Of a stretch of DNA of 64,000 nucleotides, positions 21,194-31,641 are shown one piece after another (the first letter of the stretch is position 1; each line of letters begins with the position of its first letter). Origin of the DNA: an uncultured Phycisphaerales bacterium. Lineage in GTDB: Bacteria > Planctomycetota > Phycisphaerae > Sedimentisphaerales > Anaerobacaceae. The stretch spans positions 192,001 through 256,000 of the forward strand of contig CAVYYI010000003.1 in assembly GCA_963772725.1 (NCBI GenBank), given 5' to 3'. The notes below the pieces were generated by a model. That model was not told where the DNA came from. It worked only from the letters and a program-made list of their open reading frames with translations, and searched no databases. A program made the position numbers and the translations under genes.

Positions 21194-21736
21194 ATGAAAA
21201 AAAAGAAAAGCCTATTAAATTTAGTATTAGCTGTCCTGATAATAGCCGGGGCGATAACCCTTTTGGTTCGGCACTTTCATATCAAGGATTTTCGCATAAT
21301 AAAAGATGAGGTGCTTTATATTTCTGATCAGCCGCGGGGAATGGACTATACGCGCCTTTTGTATAACCATCATATCACGACAATAGTGAATGTTCGTGAC
21401 GAGTCTGAACATCTGGAAATAAACTGGCGAAATGAGGAAATAAACTGGACCAAAAATAACGGCGTAAATTACATCGAATTACCCATTAATAGAAAAGATT
21501 ATTTCCCGGATAAGCAGACCCAGCAGCGGTTTATCGAGATAATGTCCGAAAAGAAAAATCTGCCCGTACTTTTGCACGGAAGCGGAGATGATAAACGGGT
21601 TGCCATGCTCATGGCTGTATGGTTAAAAACACAGGGGTGCACTTCCGAAGAAGTTCTTAAAACCATCCATAAAATTATTGATGACAGAAAACTGACCGAT
21701 GCCGAAAAGAAATTCATTGAGAATCCGGCAGACTAA
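21194..21736 (+). CDS. dual-specificity/tyrosine phosphatase-fold protein with degenerate active site
   Basis: LYISDQP, ITTIVNVR, GVNYIELP, PVLLHGSGDDKRVA in place of HCxxGxDR; N-terminal TM anchor. Confidence 0.75.
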   Translation: MKKKKSLLNLVLAVLIIAGAITLLVRHFHIKDFRIIKDEVLYISDQPRGMDYTRLLYNHHITTIVNVRDESEHLEINWRNEEINWTKNNGVNYIELPINRKDYFPDKQTQQRFIEIMSEKKNLPVLLHGSGDDKRVAMLMAVWLKTQGCTSEEVLKTIHKIIDDRKLTDAEKKFIENPAD

Positions 21737-23385
21737 TTTCCCGTATTCGCATTTTTAACAGGCGTGGCGGATTTATTGCAAAGTATCCCGCCGGCATCTT
21801 CTTTTTCTTTTTTATTAACGTTTACTTGTCTTTGATAGACCACTCTGAATCGGCCGTCCTTGACTAATTCTTCTGAATAAATGGAAAAGCCCCCTATCCA
21901 ATAACCGTCTTTATATAACTCATAAAGTTCCGATATGTTATCCTTCCCATGCACCGGCCTGCCGAAATACTGAACAAACCTGCTTGAGGCTGCCTTATAG
22001 AAAACCAGTTTATCTGAAGGAGGGACTATTCGTGCTGCTGTTTGCGCAAATTCCCTCGCGTATAAATTATCATCCCCATAAGACCAGAACATGCCATAAT
22101 AAACCATATACCAGATTATAATGCCGCCAAAAATACCAATAGCGCCTAAACCAAATTTCCTTTTTGAAAAGAAAATAGCGATGACGATAATCATCGCTAT
22201 CGCTATACCCGCGACAATCCCTGTATCCGCGGCTAATGAACGATATCTTGCAGCAATATATACGACCGCACCTACCGCTCCGACGGCTAAACCCGTAAGA
22301 TGAAGTTTGAGAATATTTTTACTGAAAATCGCCGTATATGCCTTACGCGTAAATATCATGTCATCCAGCGTTATACCGATAAGTATCGCCAGCGCCGGCA
22401 TATAAGGCAAAATATAGTGCTGACGTTTACCCTGGTCTATCGTCAGAAATATAAACCCAGCTGCGAACAGCATCCATAAATATTTCATTAGCCGCTGCTT
22501 TTCTTCCCAAACCTTGAAAAACGGTGCACACAACGCTATCGGCACAAAAATCACCCACGGCACTATATACTTGAACATTATAAGGAAATAATAAAATATA
22601 GGATAATGCCCAGGGACATATTCACCAAAAAACCGGTCGAAAAATTCACGTTTCCACAAAACCAAATCCCAGTTTACTCGCTGAGCTATAACTAACGGCC
22701 ACGGCAAAATAATAGCCAGCATAATAACAGGCCCTGTAATCGGAAGCAGCTTCGGAATGAACTTCCACAGCTTATTTGCCGCGACATAACAAAACAGCGG
22801 AAACAGCACTAACGGAAGCGGCGCCGGCCCCTTAGCCAGATTCCCAAGCGACATGCTCACCCAGAAAATCAGCATATATACAATCTGCTCTTTTCTGTTT
22901 TGTGTGTTTATCGCCGCGTAAAATGTAAAAAAGCACAGCAGCATAAAAGATGACATTACTGTATCCGACCGCGGATTTTGCGCAAAACGAATATAAGACA
23001 TCGATGTCAGCCATACGCACGTCGCTACCGCCGCAGTTCTTAATGGCAGCCATTTCCTCAAAAAATAAAGCATCATCCCCGCAGATAAAAAGAAGAAAAC
23101 CGCGCGAGGCAGCCTTGCGGTGAATTCATCAATCGTCCCCGTTATTTTTGCCGCTATTGCCACAAGCCAGTAACAAAGAGGGGTTTTTTGAAGCCTAAGA
23201 CTCCCGTTGAGCGTAGGCATAACCCAGTCGTTTCTCTTGAGCATCTCACGCGCCGCCACTGAAACAAAACATTCGTGGCTATCCAGCGTTTTCGCTGATA
23301 GCATCCAGAATGCGCCTATCGCGGCAATAAGTAATACCCCGCAGATAACTAAAACTTTAACTTTCCTGTCTTCAATATTCAGCAT
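21733..23385 (-). CDS. second ArnT/PMT-like glycosyltransferase
   Basis: DSHE, AREMLKRNDWVMPTLNG..LQKTPLCYW, EFTARLP, LAKGP, GKRQHYILP. Confidence 0.88.
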   Translation of the reverse strand: MLNIEDRKVKVLVICGVLLIAAIGAFWMLSAKTLDSHECFVSVAAREMLKRNDWVMPTLNGSLRLQKTPLCYWLVAIAAKITGTIDEFTARLPRAVFFFLSAGMMLYFLRKWLPLRTAAVATCVWLTSMSYIRFAQNPRSDTVMSSFMLLCFFTFYAAINTQNRKEQIVYMLIFWVSMSLGNLAKGPAPLPLVLFPLFCYVAANKLWKFIPKLLPITGPVIMLAIILPWPLVIAQRVNWDLVLWKREFFDRFFGEYVPGHYPIFYYFLIMFKYIVPWVIFVPIALCAPFFKVWEEKQRLMKYLWMLFAAGFIFLTIDQGKRQHYILPYMPALAILIGITLDDMIFTRKAYTAIFSKNILKLHLTGLAVGAVGAVVYIAARYRSLAADTGIVAGIAIAMIIVIAIFFSKRKFGLGAIGIFGGIIIWYMVYYGMFWSYGDDNLYAREFAQTAARIVPPSDKLVFYKAASSRFVQYFGRPVHGKDNISELYELYKDGYWIGGFSIYSEELVKDGRFRVVYQRQVNVNKKEKEDAGGILCNKSATPVKNANTGN

Positions 23386-23451
23386 ACATGGCTATCCCCT
23401 TCCGCTTTTCAGATTGAAATTAAGCAGTAGGTTTTTCACATAAATAAGGAA

Positions 23452-23775
23452 TCATTTTTTATTTTCTTTCGCGGCGGTATTGCGTTCAGCCTTGGTTTTG
23501 CGTGAAATCAAATGAAGATTACGCAAGTAAATCAGAGAATTAACTGAAAAACCCAGGATAAATACCGGCTCTTTCCGGTGAATACTGTACACAAGCAGAA
23601 TGAAACTGCCCACCAGCGAAAAATACCAGAACGATATCGGTATATACGACATCTTCTTTAATTCACTGGCCAGCCATTGAATTACAAATCGGCCGAGAAA
23701 GGTTGCCTGCCCCGCAAGCCCGACGGTTGTCCAAATAGGGTCTTTAGCAATTTCCGAAAAAAATGAATCGAACAT
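23452..23775 (-). CDS. lipid A biosynthesis N-terminal (LAB_N) domain membrane protein
   Basis: WTTVGLAGQATFLGRFVIQWLASE..SYIPISFWYFSLVG..YSIHRKEPVFILG..IYLRNL. Confidence 0.88.
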   Translation of the reverse strand: MFDSFFSEIAKDPIWTTVGLAGQATFLGRFVIQWLASELKKMSYIPISFWYFSLVGSFILLVYSIHRKEPVFILGFSVNSLIYLRNLHLISRKTKAERNTAAKENKK

Positions 23776-24026
23776 AATTTTCTCCTGCTTTCAGAATACG
23801 AACTGAAATATCACAAATCTGTTCTTGTTATATGCTGACTTCTCAAGTTGACTGGGTTTTATATAAGATATTTATTTATAAGATGTTACGACAGCATACA
23901 AAATGTTCAAAAACAAAAATTTTGTTGTTGGCCAGAAAACATAACTTTTTGCCAATACTATAGTTACGAAAATAACCTAAATATTTTTGCCGATTAAAAA
24001 GCAAAAAATCAGTCAACTTGAGTGAC

Positions 24027-25388
24027 TTATTTTATCAGTTCGATAATTTTCTGCAAATCGTTCGGTGCTTCTATCGGCGGATTACTAAATTGCCCCTGCT
24101 TTTCCTTGTGATAACTAACAGTTACATTCGGGTCTTTAAGCGCATGGCCGGTCAGAACGCACGCAACCCGCTGGTCTTTTCCAATTGTGTCGTTGGCCAG
24201 AAGATGCTTTAAGCCCGCGATAGTCGCTGCCGATGCCGGCTCACAGCCCAGACCGTATTTGCCGATAAGTGCTTTGGCGTCCCGAATTTCGTCATCCGTT
24301 ACCGCCAGCACCACCCCGTCGCAAACGTCAATTGCCCTCAGGCACTTTTTCAAATTTACCGGGCGGGAAATCTCTATCGCTGAGGCTATCGTGTGAGGCG
24401 AAAACTTCCTCGCTGTCAAATCGGCGTAATAATTATCTATAATTTTCTGGTCAACCTTTCCGTTATTCCATTTCAGCTTCTTGTTATTGACCATATCGGT
24501 AAGCGTATCGGCACCGGAGGCATTGATAATCGCCATTCGGGGGACTTTTTTAATCAGGCCAAGCTGTTTTAATTCCGAAAAGGCTTTGCCGAACGCGCTG
24601 GAGTTGCCCAGGTTTCCGCCCGGCACGATAATCCAGTCCGGAACCTCCCAGCCGAGTTGCTCGATGATGCGGTACATTATCGTCTTTTGTCCTTCGAGTC
24701 TGAAGGGATTGAGCGAATTCAGCAGATACAGCCCAAGCTTTGTGCATACATCCTGAACCTGCCGCATACAGTCGTCGAAGTCGCCCAGTATCTGAATCGT
24801 CTGCGCCCCGTAATCCATTGCCTGGCTCAGTTTTCCGAACGCAATCCTGCCCGAACCGATAAAAACCGTACATTTCATCCCGCAGTGATGGGCGTATAAT
24901 GCTACCGCCGCCGATGTGTTGCCCGTCGATGCGCAGTGCAGGATTTCGCTCCAACCATCATCGCGTGGCTGAACGCCGCGGTCATTCCGTTATCTTTGAA
25001 AGAGCCGGAAGGATTCAGGCCTTCATATTGTAGGTATAAGGAGTTGGGATTCATGCCAAAATGTTTGGCGATGGCGCAGTTCTGTTGCGAGAATTGTCTG
25101 CCCCTCGCCAAGCGTTACCTTGTAATTATCCGGGCAGAAATTGAGAAGTTCGCGAAACCGCCACACGCCCGAAAAGTCCAGCCGGTTGCTTCTGGTTGCC
25201 CAGCGTTTGGCGAAATCGCTGATTTTGGCGGGTACTTGTGCCTTGTCCCAGTCGTATTGTATGTCCAGTAATTCGCCGCACTTAGGGCATTTGAACATAT
25301 CCTGACCGCAGTCAAACGTCGCACCGCAATCAGGATTAATACATTTTTGATAAGCCGTCTCTGCCTGTTTCGATTTCACTTTTGCCAT
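24027..25388 (-). CDS. thrC: threonine synthase; split by indels
   Basis: N-terminal Zn-ribbon CINPDC..CPKCG, SGVWRFRE, EGLNPSGSFKDNGM, FRLEGQKT, VPGGNLGN, CEPASAA, LTGH. Confidence 0.92.
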
Positions 25389-25597
25389 CTGTCAAATTCC
25401 TGTCCGTTAACCATTTTCCGTACATACATTTTCCCGCAAATTATAATTGATATGTTCAAATTTTGGTATAAAAAAACTACCTGCTCGAGGCGCAAAGGTA
25501 CAAAGAAATTATAATTACAGATTTCACAGTTTTTTATTTAATCAGTGTCATCAGCGTAACTTGTGCTACGTAGCTAACTACTTCGCAGAGTAGCATC

Positions 25598-26524
25598 TTA
25601 GTGATTAAAAAATTTTGGGGCACGGGAGAGGATTTGGTCATCCGAATCGTCTTCGGAGATATCCAGCCAGTTTACGTTTTTGAAGGTTTTAAACCATGTG
25701 CGCTGATGTTTGGCCAGGTAGCGGGAATTTTTCTTTATTAGTTCAACGGCGTCGTCGAGAGGTATTTTGCCGTTGAGGTAGTCGATGATTTCGGCGTAGC
25801 CGATAGCGCAGGCGGCCTGCATGCTAAGGGGTTTGGGCTCAGCCAGCAGCGATTTGACTTCATCGACGAGGCCCTGCTCGAGCATTCGTTTTACCCGCAG
25901 GTTGATTCGATGGCTTTCAACGGCTTTGTCTCTGCGCAGGCCGATAATTGTCCAGTTGTTTTGGGCGGCTTGGTCGTCCCACTGCTGCTGAAAATCGGAG
26001 ATGGGTTTTCCGGTAAGCTCATAAACTTCCAGCGCTCGGATGATTCGCTTAGAGTCGTTGGGATGAATCCGCTGGGCAGACTGCGGGTCAAGCTTTGATA
26101 ATTCCTCATGAAGTTTGAGAAGACCTTCTGCTTGTTCTCTTTGCCGGAGTTTTTCGCGGATTTGCGAATCGCAGCCCGGGCCGTCGAATAAACCATAGAG
26201 TAGCGACTTTATATAAAGAGCGGTGCCGCCAACAGCGACAACAGGTTTGCCGCGGGATTGGATATCTTCTATTGTTTTTTGCGCCTGTTCGAGGAAAGTG
26301 CCGACGCTGAATGATTCGCTAGGTTCGACAATATCAATTAGATGGTATGGAATTGCGGCGCAGGCCTCTTTGGAAGGTTTGGCTGTGCCTATATCCATCC
26401 TTCGATAGACCTTCATCGAGTCTATGCTTATAATCTCCGCATCAAGGTCGCGGGCGATATTGAAGGCCAATCGTCCCTTACCGGAGGCTGTTACGCCCAG
26501 AATTAGTATCAAATTACTGTTCAT
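25598..26524 (-). CDS. miaA: tRNA dimethylallyltransferase
   Basis: GVTASGK, DSMKVYRRMDIGTAKP, VGGTALY, RIIRALEV, IGYAE, AKHQRTWF. Confidence 0.96.
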   Translation of the reverse strand: MNSNLILILGVTASGKGRLAFNIARDLDAEIISIDSMKVYRRMDIGTAKPSKEACAAIPYHLIDIVEPSESFSVGTFLEQAQKTIEDIQSRGKPVVAVGGTALYIKSLLYGLFDGPGCDSQIREKLRQREQAEGLLKLHEELSKLDPQSAQRIHPNDSKRIIRALEVYELTGKPISDFQQQWDDQAAQNNWTIIGLRRDKAVESHRINLRVKRMLEQGLVDEVKSLLAEPKPLSMQAACAIGYAEIIDYLNGKIPLDDAVELIKKNSRYLAKHQRTWFKTFKNVNWLDISEDDSDDQILSRAPKFFNH

Positions 26525-26599
26525 AATTTACAAAAATACTGTAAAAATCTTTGAAAAACCATATAATACGAAAAAAACACTAATAAGTGAATAGAAGAT

Positions 26600-27493
26600 A
26601 TGGCGATTAGCGACGATTTTAAAACACAGTTGCGAAAAAAGGCTGAATATGTCAATGGGCTTTTGGAGCGAGTCCTCGCGGCACAGAATGAGATTGAGCC
26701 GAGCCTGAAAAAGGCGCTTAAATATATTCTGCAGGGTAAGGGCAAACGCATCCGCGGTGTGCTGGTATTGTGGTGCTGCGAACTTATCGGCGGGCGGATA
26801 AACCGCGACGCACAAGCAGCGGCGGCGGCGATTGAGATGGTGCATACCTATTCGCTGGTTCACGATGATTTGCCCGCGATGGATGATGATGACCTGCGGC
26901 GGGGAAGGCCGACCTGTCATAAGGCGTTCGATGAGGCGACGGCAATTCTCGCGGGCGACGGACTATTGACGCTGGCGTTTGAGATTGTGGCGAAAAAAAC
27001 GAGCGAGCCGGCGGTCGCGGTGAAATTGATAAGCCAGTTGGCCCAGGCCGCGGGGCCGGCGGGTATGATTGCGGGACAGATGGCGGATTTGAAGGCTGAA
27101 AATATCAAGGGCAATAAAAAGCTTCTCGAATATATACATATCAATAAGACGGCCAAAATGTTTCGGGTTGCGGCACTGATGGGCGCAATCGCAGGCGGCG
27201 CAAGGGCAAAGGAATTAAAGTTGCTCGGTGAGTATGGGTTAAAAATCGGCCTGGGTTTTCAGATTGCCGATGATATTCTCGATGTCAGCGCGTCGAGCGA
27301 GCAGTTGGGCAAAACCGCTGGTAAAGATATCAAGGCGGGCAAAATGACGTATCCATCTTTGATGGGGATGGATAAATCCAAAGCACTTGCCGCAAAAATT
27401 GCCGATGAAGCGATAGCGGCTTTGAAACCATTTGGCGAGAAAGCGGATATGCTCAGAAAATTAACAACATCATTACTCGAAAGAGAAAAATAA
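26600..27493 (+). CDS. ispA: farnesyl/geranylgeranyl diphosphate synthase
   Basis: GKRIR, SLVHDDLPAMDDDDLRRGRPTCH, GQMAD, FQIADDILD, GKTAGKD. Confidence 0.92.
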   Translation: MAISDDFKTQLRKKAEYVNGLLERVLAAQNEIEPSLKKALKYILQGKGKRIRGVLVLWCCELIGGRINRDAQAAAAAIEMVHTYSLVHDDLPAMDDDDLRRGRPTCHKAFDEATAILAGDGLLTLAFEIVAKKTSEPAVAVKLISQLAQAAGPAGMIAGQMADLKAENIKGNKKLLEYIHINKTAKMFRVAALMGAIAGGARAKELKLLGEYGLKIGLGFQIADDILDVSASSEQLGKTAGKDIKAGKMTYPSLMGMDKSKALAAKIADEAIAALKPFGEKADMLRKLTTSLLEREK

Positions 27494-27498
27494 AGATT

Positions 27499-28422
27499 AT
27501 GGGAATATTCAGTAAAACAGCGGAATATATAAAAGAGCGGCTCGGCAAAACGCGGGCTAAAATCAGTTCATCGTTATCGGCTATACTAAGCATAGGCAGA
27601 AACATAGATAATGAACTCCTCGATAAACTCGAAGAGACGCTAATCAGTGACGATATCGGGGTTGAGACGACGGAGAAGCTGATTTTGGAACTGCGGCAGG
27701 CGTATGCCAGCAGACAAATCGCGACAACCAGTGACGTTCTGCCTTTTCTTAAGGAACATATGAAAAGTTACTGGCCGCAAGGGGACAGCCTGCTGAAAAC
27801 AGCGGCTAATCCGCCGACGGTCATTCTTGTCGCTGGCGTAAACGGCACAGGCAAAACGACAAGCATCGCCAAACTCGCTTACATATTAAGCAAGGACAAT
27901 AAAAAAGTTATCGTGGCGGCGTGCGATACATTCCGCGCAGCTGCGGTTGAGCAGCTAAGCATCTGGGCGGAGCGTATCGGCGTTGAAATCATAAAACACA
28001 AAAGCGGGGCAGACCCCGCGGCGGTTGCCTTTGACGCCTGCGAGGCAACCGTCGCGAGAAAGGCTGATTATCTTATTCTCGATACCGCCGGCAGACTGCA
28101 CACACAAAAAGACCTGATGAAACAGCTTACGAAGATTCGTGATGTTGTCGCCCGAAAAATTTCCGACGCTCCCAATGAGGTACTGCTTGTTCTGGACGCA
28201 ACTACGGGACAAAATGCCATTTCACAGGCGAAATTATTTACGCAGGCAATAGCCGTTACAGGCATATTTCTTGCCAAGCTCGATGGTACGGCCAGAGGCG
28301 GAATTGTTATCGCAATCAGGGACCAGCTAAATATTCCGGTGAAGTTTGTCGGCCTGGGCGAAACGCCGCAAGATATAGCAGAATTCGACCCTGCCAAATT
28401 CATCGAGGCTCTGTTCAGCTAA
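27499..28422 (+). CDS. ftsY: signal recognition particle receptor FtsY
   Basis: [43 protein letters not shown]. Confidence 0.96.
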   Translation: MGIFSKTAEYIKERLGKTRAKISSSLSAILSIGRNIDNELLDKLEETLISDDIGVETTEKLILELRQAYASRQIATTSDVLPFLKEHMKSYWPQGDSLLKTAANPPTVILVAGVNGTGKTTSIAKLAYILSKDNKKVIVAACDTFRAAAVEQLSIWAERIGVEIIKHKSGADPAAVAFDACEATVARKADYLILDTAGRLHTQKDLMKQLTKIRDVVARKISDAPNEVLLVLDATTGQNAISQAKLFTQAIAVTGIFLAKLDGTARGGIVIAIRDQLNIPVKFVGLGETPQDIAEFDPAKFIEALFS

Positions 28423-28450
28423 AAGTATTGTCAAGGAGAGCTAAACCGTT

Positions 28451-29023
28451 CTATCCGCCGAAAGAGACTGATGGGGCGTTACGAAGACCAGTGTCCTCGA
28501 TGTCGAAAAATTCGTTCAACATAAAGCCGAACATACTCGCGATAATATTCGATGGAAACGACTGTATCATTGTGTTAAGGTCACGGACGTTGCCGTTGTA
28601 AAAACGTCTGGCCGCCTGGATGCGGTCCTCGGTATTGATTAGCTCAGACTGGAGTTTGAGAAACTGCTGCGAGGCCTTGAGGTCGGGATAATTCTCCACG
28701 ACCCCAAAAAGCTGACGCAGCGACATAATAAGATTGTTCTCGTCTTTTGCCTGCGAGGCGGGCGAGCCTGTCGAAGCCACCGCTTTTGCACGGGCATCGG
28801 TTACGGACTGAAGAACCTGACGTTCATAAGCGGCGTAACCTTTGACCGTTTCAACGAGGTTGAGAATGAGGTCGTAGCGGCGTTTAAGTTCCGTATCAAT
28901 CTGCGACCATGCGTTTGCGCAAAAATACCTGAGTTTGACGAGATTATTATAGGTAACAATGACCCATATAAGCGGCACCGCGATAACGGCGATTACGATT
29001 ATCAATCCAATATGTTCCTGCAT
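28451..29023 (-). CDS. lemA: LemA family protein
   Basis: YNNLV, WSQIDTELKRRYDLI, VENYPDLKA, EDRIQAARRFYN, FPSN. Confidence 0.95.
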   Translation of the reverse strand: MQEHIGLIIVIAVIAVPLIWVIVTYNNLVKLRYFCANAWSQIDTELKRRYDLILNLVETVKGYAAYERQVLQSVTDARAKAVASTGSPASQAKDENNLIMSLRQLFGVVENYPDLKASQQFLKLQSELINTEDRIQAARRFYNGNVRDLNTMIQSFPSNIIASMFGFMLNEFFDIEDTGLRNAPSVSFGG

Positions 29024-29034
29024 AATTCAATCCT

Positions 29035-29706
29035 TTATACCGAATGAAGTTTTTGATTCTGGATTACGTATTCGGGGATACGCTCGAAAACACCGTTTAT
29101 GAGACTGGCCGCAGCGTCGAAATCTGCGGTTGAAAATTTGCGGTCGCGATAGACGATTGCGAACAGCGAATCGAACTGTATCGAAAACGCCGGCGAAGCG
29201 AGAAGATATTCCATCGTCTGCTGATGAATTATGTCATAGGCCCATTTTTTGTCGGAGGATTTGACATAAAATTTTCTGCTGAATTCCGCTGATTCGAAGT
29301 CGATATCGTTGAAGCCCGCAAATTCAGCTATTTTATCGAGGATATTTTCCGGGCGAATAAGAAGCGGCTTGAGCAGAATGGGGCTTTTAGTAATGATGAG
29401 TGAAAAATGGTGCTGGGTATTGTTCTTGCCAGAGCCGGTTTCATAATGGTAATCGCAGCCTATAAACTCTCTGCCGTCAAGAACACCCTGCATAATGTTG
29501 TAAGCGTATTGGTCATGGCCGTTCCGCAGACAGTTAAAGTTGGGGAATCTGGAATCAAAGGCGTGGTCATTTCCGGTGGTAAACGTCAGACCTTTGCCTA
29601 AAGCCCATTCGGCGAGTTCCTTTCGCCTCTTATTCGAGGCGTAGAAGCCATATATGATGAACCCGACGACCAACAAGGCGAACAGGATAAATAACAGGCC
29701 TTCCAT
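29035..29706 (-). CDS. membrane-anchored hypothetical protein upstream of lemA
   Basis: N-terminal TM helix; GFNDIDFESAEFSRKFYVKS motif typical of LemA-adjacent proteins. Confidence 0.7.
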   Translation of the reverse strand: MEGLLFILFALLVVGFIIYGFYASNKRRKELAEWALGKGLTFTTGNDHAFDSRFPNFNCLRNGHDQYAYNIMQGVLDGREFIGCDYHYETGSGKNNTQHHFSLIITKSPILLKPLLIRPENILDKIAEFAGFNDIDFESAEFSRKFYVKSSDKKWAYDIIHQQTMEYLLASPAFSIQFDSLFAIVYRDRKFSTADFDAAASLINGVFERIPEYVIQNQKLHSV

Positions 29707-29760
29707 AAGATTATCCCAAAATAATAGTTTCAAAGACACTGAATCTTAATTTGCAATTTC

Positions 29761-30072
29761 TTACTTTTCCATACAATTTTTCTTTGATTCGCAAGTTTTA
29801 GCTTTGACTTTTAGATACCACAAAAAAGTTCTTATTAAACCAACAATACATATTGCTTTCCAAACCAGCAGCCACCACGGCTGCCACCATGCTCCAGTTT
29901 TCATTTCGATTATGTCCGAGCATCCGAAAAGCAGCAATAACAAGTATGCAGTAAAATACAGTTTTTTAAAGGCATTAGTGGAATTGAGGGAATTGAACCC
30001 GCATAACAAAGACAGGATAATCCAGAAGATTGATTCGAAAAAATTAAACAGAACTCCTGTTTCCATAATCAA
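29761..30072 (-). CDS. small hypothetical membrane protein
   Basis: Three hydrophobic segments; FGCSDIIEMKTGAWWQPWWLLVWK. Confidence 0.6.
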   Translation of the reverse strand: MIMETGVLFNFFESIFWIILSLLCGFNSLNSTNAFKKLYFTAYLLLLLFGCSDIIEMKTGAWWQPWWLLVWKAICIVGLIRTFLWYLKVKAKTCESKKNCMEK

Positions 30073-30119
30073 AGATAGACCTTTACAGTTTGATTGTAAG
30101 TTTATAGCCCAAAAAATAT

Positions 30120-30713
30120 TTAAGCCGTCGCGGTGATTTGGAGCTGGTTTTGAGCGCGGAGGATTGCGGCGGTATCGGTCAGGACAAGCTGCTTAATCAG
30201 GCTGGTAGAAATAACTGAAGTCCCCATAGCGATGACCTTTTCCTCAACGATGGCGGCAATTGTTCGGGCGGTATGGTAATCGATATTTCCTTTGGTAATC
30301 AGGTCGGCGACGATTCTTGATTTGTCCCAGCGGTTTCTGTGTCCGGCGGTGCCGTCACCCCAAAGTGTCTCGGCATCGGTCAAATCGCACAGGTCAACAC
30401 TGACAACCTCTATTCGGCTGCGTTTAAGTCTGCGAAGATAATAATGCTCATTTAACGCGACAGCGGCGTCTTCGTACCTTGCGCCTGTGAGTACCGCCTT
30501 TATAATAGAAAGAATTTCATTGCTGGAAATAGAGTCGTGGCCATGCTTATTATACAGAAAATACGTTACCACCTCGGCAAGCTCCTCGGCAACACCGATA
30601 TCAGGTTCACCGGCGCTGTTTAGGGCGTTGTTGATGGCACCGATAACTTTAGTGTGCAGATATTGCTCACTGCCTCCATCCGACTTTACGACCTTAAGCT
30701 GTTCTTTCGTCAC
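30120..30713 (-). CDS. stand-alone protein with two ATP-cone-like domains
   Basis: KVVKSDGGSEQY..KVIGAI..AEELAEVV..ISSNEILSIIKAVL and RWDKSRIVADL..ARTIAAIVEEKV..ISTSLIKQLV. Confidence 0.75.
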   Translation of the reverse strand: MTKEQLKVVKSDGGSEQYLHTKVIGAINNALNSAGEPDIGVAEELAEVVTYFLYNKHGHDSISSNEILSIIKAVLTGARYEDAAVALNEHYYLRRLKRSRIEVVSVDLCDLTDAETLWGDGTAGHRNRWDKSRIVADLITKGNIDYHTARTIAAIVEEKVIAMGTSVISTSLIKQLVLTDTAAILRAQNQLQITATA

Positions 30714-30794
30714 CATTTTTTTGCCTCCCTGCAAAATCAATTTCTATTCTAAGTATACAGCCGTTTTTTTCAGCGGCAACAATTTTATTATTTT

Positions 30795-31286
30795 TTATCC
30801 TTCAAAGAGTTTGGGGTGAGCGGTATTATCCGTTTCCTGGATGACCGCGGTAACCTCGCTGATGAGTTCGCCTGCATCCTTAAAATCGCGGTACACGCTC
30901 GCGAAACGGATATACGCAACCTTATCAACTCCACGAAGATGCTTCATAACGCTTTCGCCGATAAAAGAAGAGAAAACCTCCTTGTCGAAACTGCGAAATA
31001 TGTCTTCCTCAACCTTGTCGGCAATCAACTGTATCTGCTCGGCGGATACGGGTCTTTTGTAACATGCCTTTTGCAGACCGCCGATAATTTTATCCCTGTC
31101 ATAAGGAACACGCGAGTCGTCTTTTTTGACAACGGTGAGTTTGGAGCTTTCGCCGATTTTTTCATAAGTGGTAAATCGCCTTTTGCAACTCAGGCATTGA
31201 CGTCGGCGCCGAATCATCCTGCCGTTGTCGCTCGAACGCGAATCAACCACTTTATCGCTGTCTTCCTTACAATACGGACATCTCAC
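30795..31286 (-). CDS. nrdR: transcriptional repressor NrdR
   Basis: RCPYC..DKVVDSR..IRRRRQCLSCKRRFTTYE, VVKKD, VAYIRFASVYRDF; GTG start at 31286. Confidence 0.96.
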   Translation of the reverse strand: MRCPYCKEDSDKVVDSRSSDNGRMIRRRRQCLSCKRRFTTYEKIGESSKLTVVKKDDSRVPYDRDKIIGGLQKACYKRPVSAEQIQLIADKVEEDIFRSFDKEVFSSFIGESVMKHLRGVDKVAYIRFASVYRDFKDAGELISEVTAVIQETDNTAHPKLFEG

Positions 31287-31341
31287 CGGCTGAACCCCGC
31301 CTCTAAAAAAACAAACCAAAAATTTTCTTAACTTAAAGACA

Positions 31342-31389
31342 ACGGCTTATCTTGTTATCGAATCCAATTCTAAACACAATATATGGTAT
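31342..31389. promoter_or_regulatory. tandem NrdR-box-like sites upstream of nrdR
   Basis: ACACAATATATGGTAT (31374-31389) close to consensus acaCwAtATaTwGtgt; degenerate ACGGCTTATCTTGTTA 32 bp away. Confidence 0.6.
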
Positions 31390-31641
31390 GTCAAAAGGAA
31401 TCTGTAAAATTTTTTCATTTTTTTAAAAAAATAAATTTCGTGTCTCGCTGTTTGTCGCTCGTGCCTGGTATCTTTAATTGTCGGTGGAAGAATGAAAAAA
31501 TCGGGTCAAAAAAAACTTTTAATTCGGTGGGTTTTCTGGTAAAAATTGGGGAAAAATATTTAAACGCTGATTACGCTAATGATATTGATTAAATAAAAAA
31601 CTGTAAAATCCGTGTAATCCGTGATTAATAAAAGGGTTAGA

